Source: Candidatus Marinacidobacterales bacterium
Lineage (GTDB): Bacteria; Acidobacteriota; Vicinamibacteria; Marinacidobacterales; SMYC01
NCBI GenBank assembly: GCA_965237955.1
Contig: OZ250169.1
Span: 384,001 to 448,000 of the forward strand
Direction: 5' to 3'
DNA length: 64,000 nt
Numbering within the stretch: position 1 is the stretch's first letter; the number at the start of each line of letters is the position of its first letter. Positions 30,767-41,678 of the stretch are shown piece by piece. The position numbers and the translations under genes are program-made. A model generated the notes under the pieces. The model was not told the origin of the DNA. It saw nothing but the letters and a program-made list of their open reading frames with translations, and ran no database searches.

Positions 30767-31130
30767 ATGTCGACCCATCACACGCGAGATCGATTGTCAT
30801 GAGTCCGATCGGGGAGCGGTGGTCCGCCGTCGGCCGCTGGTGCGTCGCGGCTTTCATCGTCGGCGCGGCTTCGTTCGTCATGCTGCTCGGCACCTTGCGT
30901 ACCGAACGTCTGAACGTGGACGTCGGCCCGGGAGACGCCGACTACGCGCAAGGCCTCTCCGATTTCTGGCGCTACGACGGCGAACGTACGTGGCGCGAGA
31001 TGGGGCGAAGGGCCCGGGTACACCTACCGGTGACAATGGAAGGACCGTGGCGACCTCGACGGTGAAGAAGTCGGTCGCAGGGCCGGGCCAGTTGTTGCTA
31101 TCGGTAGCACAACCCGAGTCGCGGCAGCCC
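30767..31130 (+). pseudogene. Membrane protein 5' fragment carrying a 34-bp insertion
   Basis: TM segment, then VDVGPGDADY...; frame broken at 31047. Confidence 0.5.
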
Positions 31131-31473
31131 GTTCGATGCGCTCGCGAGCGACGGCGACGAAGTCGGCCGACGGCTCGATACCGTCGACGTCGTAGCCGAG
31201 GAGCATCAGAAGCTCGCTCACCCACCCGGGTCCGCTCCCGACTTCGAGGATACGGCCGCCGTGGCGGATATCCATCGCGCGCACGAGGTTCATGACCGCG
31301 TAGGCTTGGAGATAGAACTGCTCGTTCCCGGGACGGTTGTCGTAGGGTTTGCGGTACAGCCAGTCGAACTCGAATCTGGACATCGCGCCCATGTAATTGC
31401 GCGCGGCGTCGAGGAAGGCTTTTTCTTCTTTCTTGGCGCGCTCGCTCAAGAAACGTTTGTGGGGGTTCGACAT
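31130..31473 (-). pseudogene. Class I SAM methyltransferase, 3'-truncated
   Basis: RILEVGSGPGW...VDGIEPS. Confidence 0.75.
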
Positions 31474-31770
31474 CGTGCCAGGGGTTGCGGCGTTATTCTA
31501 GCGTTGAGGTGAAGTGGGGTGCAAGAATTGGCGTGAGCCCATCGCCGGTTTAGCGAACCACCGTCCACACCGCGTCAACTGCTCGCTTGTAACGTTGCCA
31601 GTGGATCAAATTTTGGCACAGGACGCGACGGGCTTGAGAATGCCGACGTCGTATTCGCGACTACACCAGCAAGAAATCGGACTAACAATGGTACCAACTC
31701 CGTTGGTACGGTCCAATGGGGCGGCATCCTGTGGCGAGCGCTACTCGCTCTCTGCTAAGATTTTGCCCGG

Positions 31771-32424
31771 ATGAGCCCAACCGCTCCCGCTCTTACGGTC
31801 ATTCTGCCGGCGTTCAACGAAGAGGGCAGTATCGAGCAAGCCGTGCGGCGTGCGTCGGAAGCGGTCGCGCCCCTCGTTGCCTCCTATGAGATCGTCGTCG
31901 TCGATGACGGGAGCCGAGACGAGACCCCGAAGATCCTTCACGAGCTCAAACGCGAGCTGGGAGCGGCGCTCGTCGTCGTCACTCGAGAGACGAACCTGGG
32001 CTACGGCGGAGCGCTGCGTACCGGCTTCGATGCGGCCCGAGGGCGTCTCGTCTTCTACACGGACGCGGACAATCAGTTCGATCTTCGCGAGCTATCCGAG
32101 TTCCTCCCTTTGATGGAGAGCCAGGACGCCATTCTGGGTTATCGAGTCGGGCGGCAGGACGGTGGATTCCGCCTCTTCGTCTCCAACGGGTACAACGCTC
32201 TCGCGTCGCTCGCCTTTGGGATGTCGGTCAGGGATTTGAACTGCTCGTTCAAGCTCTTCCGCCGCGAAGCCCTGACCTCGCTCCACCTCCAGGAAGACTA
32301 CTTCTTCATCGATACCGAAATCGTGGTCCAGCTTCACCGGGCTGGATTCCGCTACGTTCAGAAAGGCGTTCGCCACTACCCCCGCACGGCGGGGAAGTCG
32401 ACGGTCGGCCCAACCGACGTTCCC
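31771..32424 (+). pseudogene. Glycosyltransferase family 2 (DPM1-like), clipped at end A
   Basis: VILPAFNEE, VVDDGSRD, YTDADNQF, DLNCSFKLF; junction at 32425. Confidence 0.88.
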
Positions 32425-32548
32425 CGTCCTGTGCCAAAACTCGGCCCTTTTGAAATAGACCGCAAATCAACAGCTTAGAGGCCCTTGGAATCCGCGCAGA
32501 ATCCAGGGTATTTCGCGCCGCAGGGCTGGCTTCCGACCCCTGGGCTGC
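32425..32548 (+). mobile_element. End A, variant A2
   Basis: Matches the reverse complement of about 17665-17785. Confidence 0.82.
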
Positions 32549-32640
32549 GGGTGGCGGGCGACAGGCCCACCGGGGGTGCGCACGGCCGGCTCAAATCGGC
32601 TGCGGGGCGAGCTTGCAGGCAACGAACTACGCACCCGGAA

Positions 32641-32769
32641 GGAATACGTATCCGACCGCGATGCCGGATTCAAGCAGCCCTTGGAAAGGTGCAAACTGCT
32701 GACCCGCTGGGCGTTCGAGTATTTTGACCAGACGGGATGTCGTGGCTGTCCGAGTTTTGGCACAGGACG
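32641..32769 (-). mobile_element. Lineage C left end followed by an end A stub
   Basis: GAGTATTTTGACCAGACG, then CCGAGTTTTGGCACAGGACG. Confidence 0.75.
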
Positions 32770-32946
32770 CCGTCGGAACGTGTCAACGACATTGAGACAC
32801 CCGCGTGTTGCATTTAGTGAGCCTCGATTGGTGTCGCCGGGCTCATGACGACGTCGCGGTCTACGTCCGCTTCGACCGCGAACGCGCCACAAGGAGTGGA
32901 AACAGGGGGTAGCTCAGGTATGGACCACCCCGAGCAAGTCGCTGTT

Positions 32947-33565
32947 TCAGCCTCCTGGTGCGTTTGTTTTTTCCGGCGGAGGGTTGATCCAGGCCTGAGG
33001 GGGCAAAACGGGAGGTTGAGGAGTTCCGCGAACGAATCGTTCGGGGTGAGCCCGCTGAGCTTGGACGAGGGTCTGGCGTCGAGCCGAGGTGAGTTTTTCC
33101 GCGCGCCCATGATGAACGACGGCTGGAGTCATGAGACCGATTCCCGAGTGCCGGTGTTCGTGGTTGTAGTAGCCGAAGAAGTTACGGCAGAACAGGCGAG
33201 CATCCTCGATGGAACCGAAACGCTGCGGGAACTGAGGGCAATACTTCAGCATCTTGAATTGAGACTCGGAATAGGGATTGTCGTTCGAGACATGAGGTCG
33301 CGAGTGAGTCTTGGTCACGCCGAGGTCGGCTAGGAGCAAGGCTACGGGCTTGCTTTGTATCGAGCTGCCGCGATCCGCGTGGAGGGTGAGCTCACCCGGT
33401 TCAATGTCCTGCTTGCGACAGCTCTCGGCGATGAGGCGGCGTGCGAGCTCGGCACTTTCGCGGTGAGCCAGCATCCAGCCCGTCACGTAGCGGGAGAAGA
33501 TGTCGAGGATGACGTACAGGTAGTAGTAGGTCCACTTGACGGGGCCACGAAGCTTCGTGATGTCC
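32947..33565 (-). pseudogene. IS3/IS481-like transposase, C-terminal half
   Basis: DITKLRGP, YLYVILDIFSRY, HADRGS, SRPHVSNDNPYSE. Confidence 0.85.
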
Positions 33566-33566
33566 C

Positions 33567-34550
33567 TCACTCCATCGAGTAGGTGAGGCCCCACTGGCCT
33601 CGGATCCGGTCCGCGAGATGCATGAGAGCCAGGGACTCATCGAGGGGCATCACGGCGCTCTCTTTGTCGCCTGCCCGCAGGCAACGACCGACCTCGTCCG
33701 CCTCGTAGTTATAGCCGTTCCCCCGCAGGGGTAACTCGACCAGTTCCTGATTACGGCCACGGCTCACGGTGAGGCCGGCGCTCTTGAAGAAGGGGCTGTG
33801 GAGGCGAATCGAGCCGTCCGTACCGAAGAGTGTGGCCTCGACGGTGGTGCGGGTGCGTACAGCGCAGGAGAGCACGGCGAGTTCGCCTCCGGCATACTTG
33901 AGTAGCACCGCGGACTGCTCGTCGACGCCCGTTTCACCGAGCTGGGCGGTGGACACGACCTCCTGCGGTTTCGGGCCCAGGACCATGCTCGCGAGGGACA
34001 GGACATAGATACCGACGTCGAGGAGGGCGCCTCCACCAAGGGCCTTGTTGAAGAGTCGTGACTCGGGATTCATGCTGGCACGGAAGCCGAAGTCGGCCTG
34101 CACCATTCGCACGTCACCGATCGCGCCCTCGGCAATGAGTTCGCGCGCACGGACCACGGCGGGGATGTAGCGCGTCCACATCGCTTCCATCAGGAACATT
34201 CCTTGCTTGCGGGCCACGCCGATGACCGTCTGAGCCTGCTCGGCGTTCATGGTGAAGGGCTTCTCGCACAGGACGGCCTTGCCCTGCTCGAGGAGCAAGA
34301 TGCTGTTGTCCTTGTGGAAGGGATGAGGCGTCGACACGTAGACGGCATCAACGTCAGGATCGGCGGCGAGGGCCTCGTAACTGGCGTGGCTCCGCGGGAT
34401 GTCGAACTCGTCAGCGAATGCATCCGCGGTCTCGCCGCTGCGCGAGCCGACGGCGACCAGGGAGACGTCATGGGCGTCGGCGAGACCCTGAGCAAACTGA
34501 TGGGCGATGTTGCCGGTGCCGAGAATGCCCCAGCGGATCGAGTCGGTCAT
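33567..34550 (-). CDS. Gfo/Idh/MocA oxidoreductase
   Basis: IRWGILGTGNIA, VLCEKP, MEAMWTR, GGGALLDVGIY. Confidence 0.92.
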   Translation of the reverse strand: MTDSIRWGILGTGNIAHQFAQGLADAHDVSLVAVGSRSGETADAFADEFDIPRSHASYEALAADPDVDAVYVSTPHPFHKDNSILLLEQGKAVLCEKPFTMNAEQAQTVIGVARKQGMFLMEAMWTRYIPAVVRARELIAEGAIGDVRMVQADFGFRASMNPESRLFNKALGGGALLDVGIYVLSLASMVLGPKPQEVVSTAQLGETGVDEQSAVLLKYAGGELAVLSCAVRTRTTVEATLFGTDGSIRLHSPFFKSAGLTVSRGRNQELVELPLRGNGYNYEADEVGRCLRAGDKESAVMPLDESLALMHLADRIRGQWGLTYSME

Positions 34551-34737
34551 GTCTTCTCCTTTCAGCAGCTTAGACACCCTTGGAATCCGCGCAGAATCGA
34601 GGGTATTTCGTGCCGCAGGCCTGGCTTCCAAGAAAATCGTGAATCGAATGTCCCCGTGGCCGTATCCTAGCAATTGACGCGGCCACGCGGGTACATCTCA
34701 CCAACACTTGATGGCGGAAACATCTCAAGGAGTAAGG

Positions 34738-35959
34738 TCAGGGCTCCGCCGGCGGCCAAGATTGGCCGGACGCGAGATCGGGGTGACGCAGTTCACGTGT
34801 TGGCCTGCCATGCTCAAGGCGCCACTCCTCGATCTCTCCTAGAAGCATGAGGGCGGATTTTCGACGCTTTGGATCCTGAAGGGTCATTCTGAACAGCCGC
34901 AAGCGCAGCTCGTTTGACGCGCGCGGGTGCTCAGTAAAGACATTGGGATTTTGCCCGTAGGGTCGTCGCTCGACGAAAGCGCTTTCGAGTTGCTCCCAGG
35001 TGCCTTGCGGAACCGGCGAGGGTTTGGCGTCGTCGATAAGGTTCAGACTCGCGGCAAGGGCTTCGGGCGTTCCGAGACAGCCCATGACACTCGAAAGGAC
35101 GTGTCGATTGAGTTCCGGTAGGTCGCGTTCGCACAATTGCTGCAGCCGCGCGGCCACCTCCGGCTTACGCTGGGCCAGTTCTGTGATCCGGGCAACCAGC
35201 ACGTCCTCGCGGTCAGGACGGCGCGTCAGCGCGATTCCGCGGACATCCGGGTCGACAAAACCCAAGAGCAGTTCGCATGCGCGCGGCGTATCGAGCGCGG
35301 CGACCGCGTTGATAAGACTTTCCTCGCATTGCTCGAACGTCTGCGCATCGGAGGCGAGCTCGTACAGAAGATCGATGGCGGCAGCCGAGCGGCTCTCGCT
35401 GAGAGCGGTGATAAGCTCGCACAGTTCGTATCCCCAGAACCGCCACTTTCGGAGCACATCACGAACCTTGGCGATCCCTGCTGCAGGGTCGTCAACGAAG
35501 GGGCAGAGCGCGAGGATGCGACGCAGAAGGTCTTTATCTGAATCCTGCATCCACCCCTCTGTCCGCTCAAGGATGGAATCAGCCAGAGCGAACGCGGTGG
35601 TCGCGGGCAAAACGCCACCAGCCATCAACAAGCGCTCGGCGGCGGCGAGACAGACGTATTGATCCCATTGGCCTGGCATGGCAATCACGTCGAGCACCGC
35701 TGCCGCAGAACCGCGGCCGTCAATGGCGGCAAGCGCATTTGCGAGCTCTTTCAGGCCGGCGGCTGATTTCCCGTCTTCATTCTGCTCTCGCAGGCGTTTG
35801 ATTTCGGCTTTGAGTGCGGCGACGAACCGTGTGCGTCGCTGGTTGTTGCCGGATGGCGGCGTACGGTCTTCGCGCGCGGCCCACATCAAATCGTAGCGGA
35901 ACGTCATGTCGAAGGAGCGCTCCGGCTTTGGCACGAAGTCTTGCGCCATCGCAGCCGCG
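34738..35959 (-). pseudogene. C-terminal helical part of a large protein (possibly NACHT/STAND-associated), cut by IS6
   Basis: Open frame of about 400 codons ending RHPDLASGQSWP; family assignment is inference. Confidence 0.55.
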
Positions 35960-36765
35960 GGTATTGTCAAATTGAGCTGGTGACTGACAGAATGGTCCAA
36001 TGAAGACCGATGCGCCAAGCTACCACGGCTATCGATTTCCACCGGAAATCATCAGCCACGCCGTCTGGCTCTACCACCGATTCTGCGTGAGCTTTCGAAA
36101 CGTCGAGGAGTTGCTCGCTCAGCGAGGCATCACGGTTTCTTACGAAGCGGTCCGACTGTGGTGCATAAAGTTCGGGCCGGAATACGCTCGACGACTGAAG
36201 CGTCGGCAGGGTCGTCTCGGTGACACATGGCACCTGGACGAGGTCTTCATAAAGATACAAGGTGAACGCCAATACCTCTGGCGCGCGGTAGACCAAGATG
36301 GTGATGTAATCGATATCCTCGTCCAGCCTCGCCGTGATCAGAAAGCCGCCAAACGATTCTTCCGCAAGCTGTTGAAGGGGCAAGGCCGTCCGCCCTGGCA
36401 GCTGGTCACCGACAAACTGAGAAGCTACAGCGCCGCTCACCGCGAGGTCATGCCGTCCGTCGTCCACGACACTGACCAGTACAGAAACAACCTAGCCGAA
36501 GTCTCGCACGAACCGACGCGACAACGGGAACGACAGATGCGGAAGTTTAAAGCTCCTGGGCAGGCGCAACGATTCTTGACCGTGCATGGACTCGTGCAAA
36601 ATATCTTTCGCGTCGGACGGCATTTGTTGCAAGCGCATCATCATCGGGAGCTACGAGACCGCGCTTTCATCGTCTGGCAGGAGGTAACCTGTGCCGTCCG
36701 ATGAGAGCAAAGGAAGTCAGCTCGACGCGATAGGTTCGCTCGCTCAACGTCAACTTGACAATACC
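35960..36765 (+). mobile_element. Complete IS6-family element
   Basis: GGTATTGTCAAATTGA...CAACTTGACAATACC TIRs; no TSD. Confidence 0.92.
36000..36704 (+). CDS. IS6 transposase
   Basis: YRFPPEII, WHLDEVF, VTDKLRSY, NNLAEVSH. Confidence 0.93.
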   Translation: MKTDAPSYHGYRFPPEIISHAVWLYHRFCVSFRNVEELLAQRGITVSYEAVRLWCIKFGPEYARRLKRRQGRLGDTWHLDEVFIKIQGERQYLWRAVDQDGDVIDILVQPRRDQKAAKRFFRKLLKGQGRPPWQLVTDKLRSYSAAHREVMPSVVHDTDQYRNNLAEVSHEPTRQRERQMRKFKAPGQAQRFLTVHGLVQNIFRVGRHLLQAHHHRELRDRAFIVWQEVTCAVR

Positions 36766-36804
36766 AGTCAAAGGATATAATTCACTAATGATCCGGAATT
36801 ATGG

Positions 36805-38838
36805 ATGTCACTATTTCGGGCTTCTTCGCGGAAGCCACTTCGGATCTGTTTAGTGAAGCCGATTCTCCTGCTCCTCGTCGCCTGCGCCGCGTTTCTGTCG
36901 CCGGGGCCCGCGGCAGCGGAGAAAGTCAAGGACACGCGCTTCAAGTATCGACGCGGGTTCTACTCGGCACCTTTCCTCCAGCTCGTTCGATCGAAGACCC
37001 CGGGTGCGAAGGTCCGATATACGACGGATGGCAGCGCCCCCAGCGAGACTCACGGGCTCGGGGACTCGAACCCCGTTGCCGTCCGCATCGAGACGACGAC
37101 GACGCTCCGCGCCACAGCCTACAAGGAGGGGTTGGAGCCGACCAACGTCGACACCCAGACCTACATTTTTATCGCCGATGTCTTGAAACAGCCACGCGAG
37201 ATCGAAGGCTACCCCATCATCGATATCGAGGGACGTGCGGGCTGGGTGCAGATGGACTACGGAATGGATCCGGCGATCGTCAATCACCCGGCTTATCGCG
37301 ATGAGATCGCACCGGCACTGAAGTCCATACCCACGATATCGATCGTGACCGACAAGGAGCACCTGTTCCGGCAGGTGATGACGCCCGACGGTCGCCGGCA
37401 TGACTACGAGAAAAGCGGCGTGTATTTCGGCAGACCTGGGGTCGGCACGACGCGGCCCGCCTCGGTGGAGCTGATTTATCCCGGACAGCCCGGCAGGGGG
37501 TTTCAGATCGATTGCGCCCTCCAGCCCCACGGCACGTACAGCGCCAAGCGGGCCTTGAGGCTGAAATTCCAGAAAGAGTACGGCCCCGGCAAGCTCGAAT
37601 CGTCCATCTTCAGAGATGCGCCACTGAACGGTGATTCTGCGATCACGGAGTTCGACCGCATCGTATTGCGCTCGGGAAACACGCGTTCCTGGGCGAAGCA
37701 AGATCCTGCTCACGTCACCTTCACTCGCGACCAGTGGTTTCGCGACTCCCAGATCGCGATGAGTGGCGTCGGGTCTCACGGCACCTTTGTGCACTTGTAC
37801 CTCAACGGTCTCTATTGGGGGCTCTATAACGCCGTCGAGCGTCCTGATGCGTCGTTTACGTCTGGTCATCTCGGTGGAGAGAGAGGGGACTGGCATGCTG
37901 TGAGTCATCACGGCACCCTCTCCGGCGACAGCCGCCGCTGGGACTATCTGCGCGGGGAGCTGAAGAACAAAGACATGCGCGATCCGGAGAACTACCGCGA
38001 GCTGACGGAGTATCTCGACGTCACCCAGTTCTCCGACTACTTGATCCTTGCCTGGTACGGGAGGCTGGACGATTGGGCGCCGGACAGAAACTGGTACGCC
38101 GGGCACCGTACCCAGCCCCCCGAGCCGGCCCTGTTTTTCATGTGGGACACCGAGTACAGCTGGAACGCGGGTCCTGAGCCCTCGGCGTTAATCCACAAGT
38201 TTTTTCGCCCCGATGCGTTCTCCAAATCCCCGGGAATGATTGGAATCTGGCACTCTCTTACGCGGAATCGCGATTTCATGACGCTGTTCGCGGATCGCGT
38301 GAATAAACACTGTTTCCACGGTGGCGCGCTCACGGACGAGAGCTCGATCGCTCGCTGGCGGCGCCTCGTTGATGTCATCGATTCCGCCGTCATCGCCGAG
38401 TCAGCACGCTGGGGAGATACGCTGGCGCCTGTCGGACAGCCGACGCAAACGCGTGACAGAAGCTTTCGAGTCGAAGTCGAGCGTGTCATCCGCATGATGA
38501 CCGGCAACGCCGAGCATTTCATCAACGTCTTGAGACAAGCAGGCTACTACCCCACGAGCGATCCCCCCGAGATAGACGGAGCCGAGGGTGGGGATGCACA
38601 ACCGCGCGCGGTCAATCCGAATCGCGCCGGCGTCATTTACTACACCCTCGAAGGAACCGATCCACGATCGCCGGGCGGTGCAGTCGCACCGTCAGCCCTC
38701 ACCGTCGTGGATGGCGGCGCCATCGAGGCGGAAGCAGGACAAGTGCTCAAGGCGCGCATCCGCACCGACGACGAGTGGAGCGCGCTTCATGAAACCGCCA
38801 TAAGTGGCCGCTGGACGCTGAACAATCTGTCGAAATAG
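36805..38838 (+). CDS. CotH-kinase family secreted protein
   Basis: Signal peptide, VRYTTDGSAP, FVHLYLNGLYWGLYNAVER, ESARWGD, YYTLEGTDPR. Confidence 0.88.
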   Translation: MSLFRASSRKPLRICLVKPILLLLVACAAFLSPGPAAAEKVKDTRFKYRRGFYSAPFLQLVRSKTPGAKVRYTTDGSAPSETHGLGDSNPVAVRIETTTTLRATAYKEGLEPTNVDTQTYIFIADVLKQPREIEGYPIIDIEGRAGWVQMDYGMDPAIVNHPAYRDEIAPALKSIPTISIVTDKEHLFRQVMTPDGRRHDYEKSGVYFGRPGVGTTRPASVELIYPGQPGRGFQIDCALQPHGTYSAKRALRLKFQKEYGPGKLESSIFRDAPLNGDSAITEFDRIVLRSGNTRSWAKQDPAHVTFTRDQWFRDSQIAMSGVGSHGTFVHLYLNGLYWGLYNAVERPDASFTSGHLGGERGDWHAVSHHGTLSGDSRRWDYLRGELKNKDMRDPENYRELTEYLDVTQFSDYLILAWYGRLDDWAPDRNWYAGHRTQPPEPALFFMWDTEYSWNAGPEPSALIHKFFRPDAFSKSPGMIGIWHSLTRNRDFMTLFADRVNKHCFHGGALTDESSIARWRRLVDVIDSAVIAESARWGDTLAPVGQPTQTRDRSFRVEVERVIRMMTGNAEHFINVLRQAGYYPTSDPPEIDGAEGGDAQPRAVNPNRAGVIYYTLEGTDPRSPGGAVAPSALTVVDGGAIEAEAGQVLKARIRTDDEWSALHETAISGRWTLNNLSK

Positions 38839-38864
38839 ACCACGGGGCAATCCAAGGACGAGGC

Positions 38865-39949
38865 GGCGTTGTTGCACGGCCCGGAGCAAATCGCTGACCT
38901 CCCTGTGCCGGTTGCAGAGTCACCCGGCGCAGTACGTATCGGGCATCCCGAGCGCAGCCATCTTGTTGAGTATCTCGCACCCAATTCGGTGTTCAACTCG
39001 TTGCCTCGCCAACGTTCGAGCCCGCATCTCCGGCCCGATGATCGCCTTGTAACGATAGACCGCGTTCTCCACCATGCTTCGCTTGGTGTAGCCTGAGAGC
39101 TTGTACCATTCACGTCGGCCGTGTCTTTCGATTGCACGAATATGGCGATCGCGCTCCTGCATGGCGGTGTTCGAATTCTGACTGAGCGTCGCGTTTCGTT
39201 GCGGCGGAATCACCACGCGCGTCCTTCGTCCAGGACTGTGCGCTTCGATGGCTTCGTAGACCGCTTCCTTGTCGTATGCACTGTCCGCCGCCACCGACAC
39301 TAGAGGTGCTTGAATCTGTGTTAGCAAAGCGGGGACTCGGGTTGCGTCGCGAGCTCGTGACGCCGTCAGTTTGGACGCAACAATGTTCCCTGTCTCGCGA
39401 TCAACGGCGATGTGCAACTTGCGCCATGCGCGCTGCTTTGGCGGTTTGCGAGCGTTTCCAACATGAATCCTCAAGCCCGTGCTATCGATCATCAGGTGGA
39501 TGGGTTGAGTGCTCGCGGCTTTCGGAATCCGCAGCTTCTTGCGGAGCAACCTCGAGCGCCGACACAACGTCGAGTAGTCCGGGATCTCGATACCGAGTCC
39601 GAGAAGCGAGGCGATCGAGTGCAAGAAGCCTTCGGTTTGTCGGTAGGCGAGCTTGTACACCATCCGGACAACCAGGCCCGTTTCAATCGCCATGTCTGAA
39701 TAGACCCGTTGACCGCCAGGCTTACCGGTCTTGTCGGCCTTCCAGTTCGCGATTGCCTCCTCGTCAAACCAGACTGTCAAATCGCCCCGGCGGCGCAGCC
39801 CTTCGTTGTATTCCGCCCAGTTGCGAACGTGGTACTTCTTCTGCTTCGCGTGCTTGTACTGGCAGCGCTTGGGATACTTCATGCTCGAACATACCTCGGC
39901 CACCACCATAGGCGGAATTCGCTCTCAGCCAGAGCGGTGCAACAACGCC
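38865..39949 (-). mobile_element. IS5-family (IS903-like) element, copy 1
   Basis: GGCGTTGTTGCAC...GTGCAACAACGCC TIRs; no TSD. Confidence 0.92.
38920..39882 (-). CDS. IS5 transposase
   Basis: NWAEYNEGLRRRG, PDYSTL, IDSTG, WRKLH, ADSAYD, GY.KRS.VE. Confidence 0.92.
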   Translation of the reverse strand: MKYPKRCQYKHAKQKKYHVRNWAEYNEGLRRRGDLTVWFDEEAIANWKADKTGKPGGQRVYSDMAIETGLVVRMVYKLAYRQTEGFLHSIASLLGLGIEIPDYSTLCRRSRLLRKKLRIPKAASTQPIHLMIDSTGLRIHVGNARKPPKQRAWRKLHIAVDRETGNIVASKLTASRARDATRVPALLTQIQAPLVSVAADSAYDKEAVYEAIEAHSPGRRTRVVIPPQRNATLSQNSNTAMQERDRHIRAIERHGRREWYKLSGYTKRSMVENAVYRYKAIIGPEMRARTLARQRVEHRIGCEILNKMAALGMPDTYCAG

Positions 39950-39950
39950 G

Positions 39951-41015
39951 GTGAAGGCCGAGGCGGACCGTCTGAGACTGCGTACCAAGCAACGCTTCAC
40001 CGCGGATGGAACCCGAACGGGCGGGCTGCCGTTCCGTCGCGGACACCTCCACTGCCTGCTGACCAATCCTCTCTACGCCGGCCGCATCCGGCACCAGAGG
40101 CGTGTCTACGAGGGCCAGCATCCATCGATCATTGCTCCGGAGCTCTGGGACGCGGTCCAAACGCAGCTGCAGGCAGGGGCTGCCAAACCAAGGAGACGCA
40201 TGACGAAGGGCCGTGCAGCCCGTTCCCCACTGGCAGGCAAGCTCTTCGACGAGACCGGGGACCGGCTGACGCCGAGCCACACCAAAAAGAAAAACGGGCA
40301 ACGGCTCCGCTACTACGTCTCCCGGCGCCTCATCCAGCACAGTGGCCAAAAGGACCTCTCCGGCTGGCGACTGCCCGCCCCGATGCTGGAACAGACCGTC
40401 GTGCATCTCATCCGACAGCATGCGGATGCCACGACCTTCTCGGCCTCGTTGATCCACACTCCGACGATGCAAGAGCTCGCCTCGGTGCGTCGCTTTTTAG
40501 ACGGGCTGTGTTCCGATACTAATAATGATGATAGTGCCTCGGCAGCCCCCCTGCTCCGTCTCATCCGGCGGGTCGATATCAGCCCCGGCTCTGTGTCCAT
40601 CCTGCTCGACCGCAATACGTTCGCTGCTTGCCTCTCTATGGGGCCCGAGCGCATTCGCGAGGATGCACTCCGCATCCTCGCACCGTTCCGCTTGCGTCGA
40701 CGCGGCGTCGAGACCAAGCTCGTTCTGGGCAACCCCACGAAATCCGTCGACCGCACACTCCTGCGCAATATCGCCAACGCCCTCTCCTGGCTCAACCGAA
40801 TCAAAGCAGGCAAAACCTATGAGCAGATTGCCACCGAAAACGCCATCCCAACGGACCGCGTGCGCAAGGCAATCCGTTATGCCTTCCTGGCTCCCGACAT
40901 CGTCCGCGCCATTGTCGAAGGCCGCCAGCCCGTTGGGCTGACCTCGAGCTACCTCTTGCATCATCCGCTTCCCGACGATTGGGAGAAACAGCGAGTGCTC
41001 GTCAAAACGCTGTGA
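39951..41015 (+). pseudogene. Large serine recombinase, catalytic N-terminus removed by IS5
   Basis: LLTNPLYAG, GQHPSII, PLAGKLFD, RYYVS, AFLAPDIV.AIVEGRQP. Confidence 0.82.
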
Positions 41016-41678
41016 GCCTCCAGCGCCCACTTCGTGAATGGCCTCGGTTAGCAGCAAGCTGCTCTCCGACACTGGCCTCCACCAATCAGCCTCAAACTGG
41101 CCCAAATTCCCTTTTCCAGACTCGGATAGCTCCTTGTACTGGACCGTCTGCGGAGTCATCTTCGTTTCCTCCGTAAAACTCCGCTGGATGAATTCGAGGT
41201 TTGGCCAATTCGAATTCCACTATTCGCCCTCTCCTCAGGCGCGATCTAGGCATTGAGCGTCTTCTCATTGTCTGCGCGATTAAGTGCAAAAAACGACACC
41301 ATAAGCCCCAAAATCGCACAAAATTGCACGCTAAGGGCCTCTTTTGCTCTGTTTCTGATCGTTTTTAGCCTAGAACCAGAAGCTCCAGTCGCCCCCACTC
41401 GAGCCTGCCGACTGCGATAGCCGGAAAGGTGTTCCCGTCGACGAACATTCGCTGATGAGACGTAAAGCCGTTTATAACAATGCGTATTCCGGGGCATCGT
41501 GAACGCAGATTCCAGCCGAAGGTGAACATCCATTCCAAAGCATCGTGAACACGGATTCCGGGGAAGGTGAACACGGATTCCAGGCAACGTGAACGCCGGT
41601 TCCGGCATCGCGAACGCTCATCGATAGCACGTTTCAAGGCAACTCTAGGTCGTACCCGGAAGGAGGACGATCTAGGAA

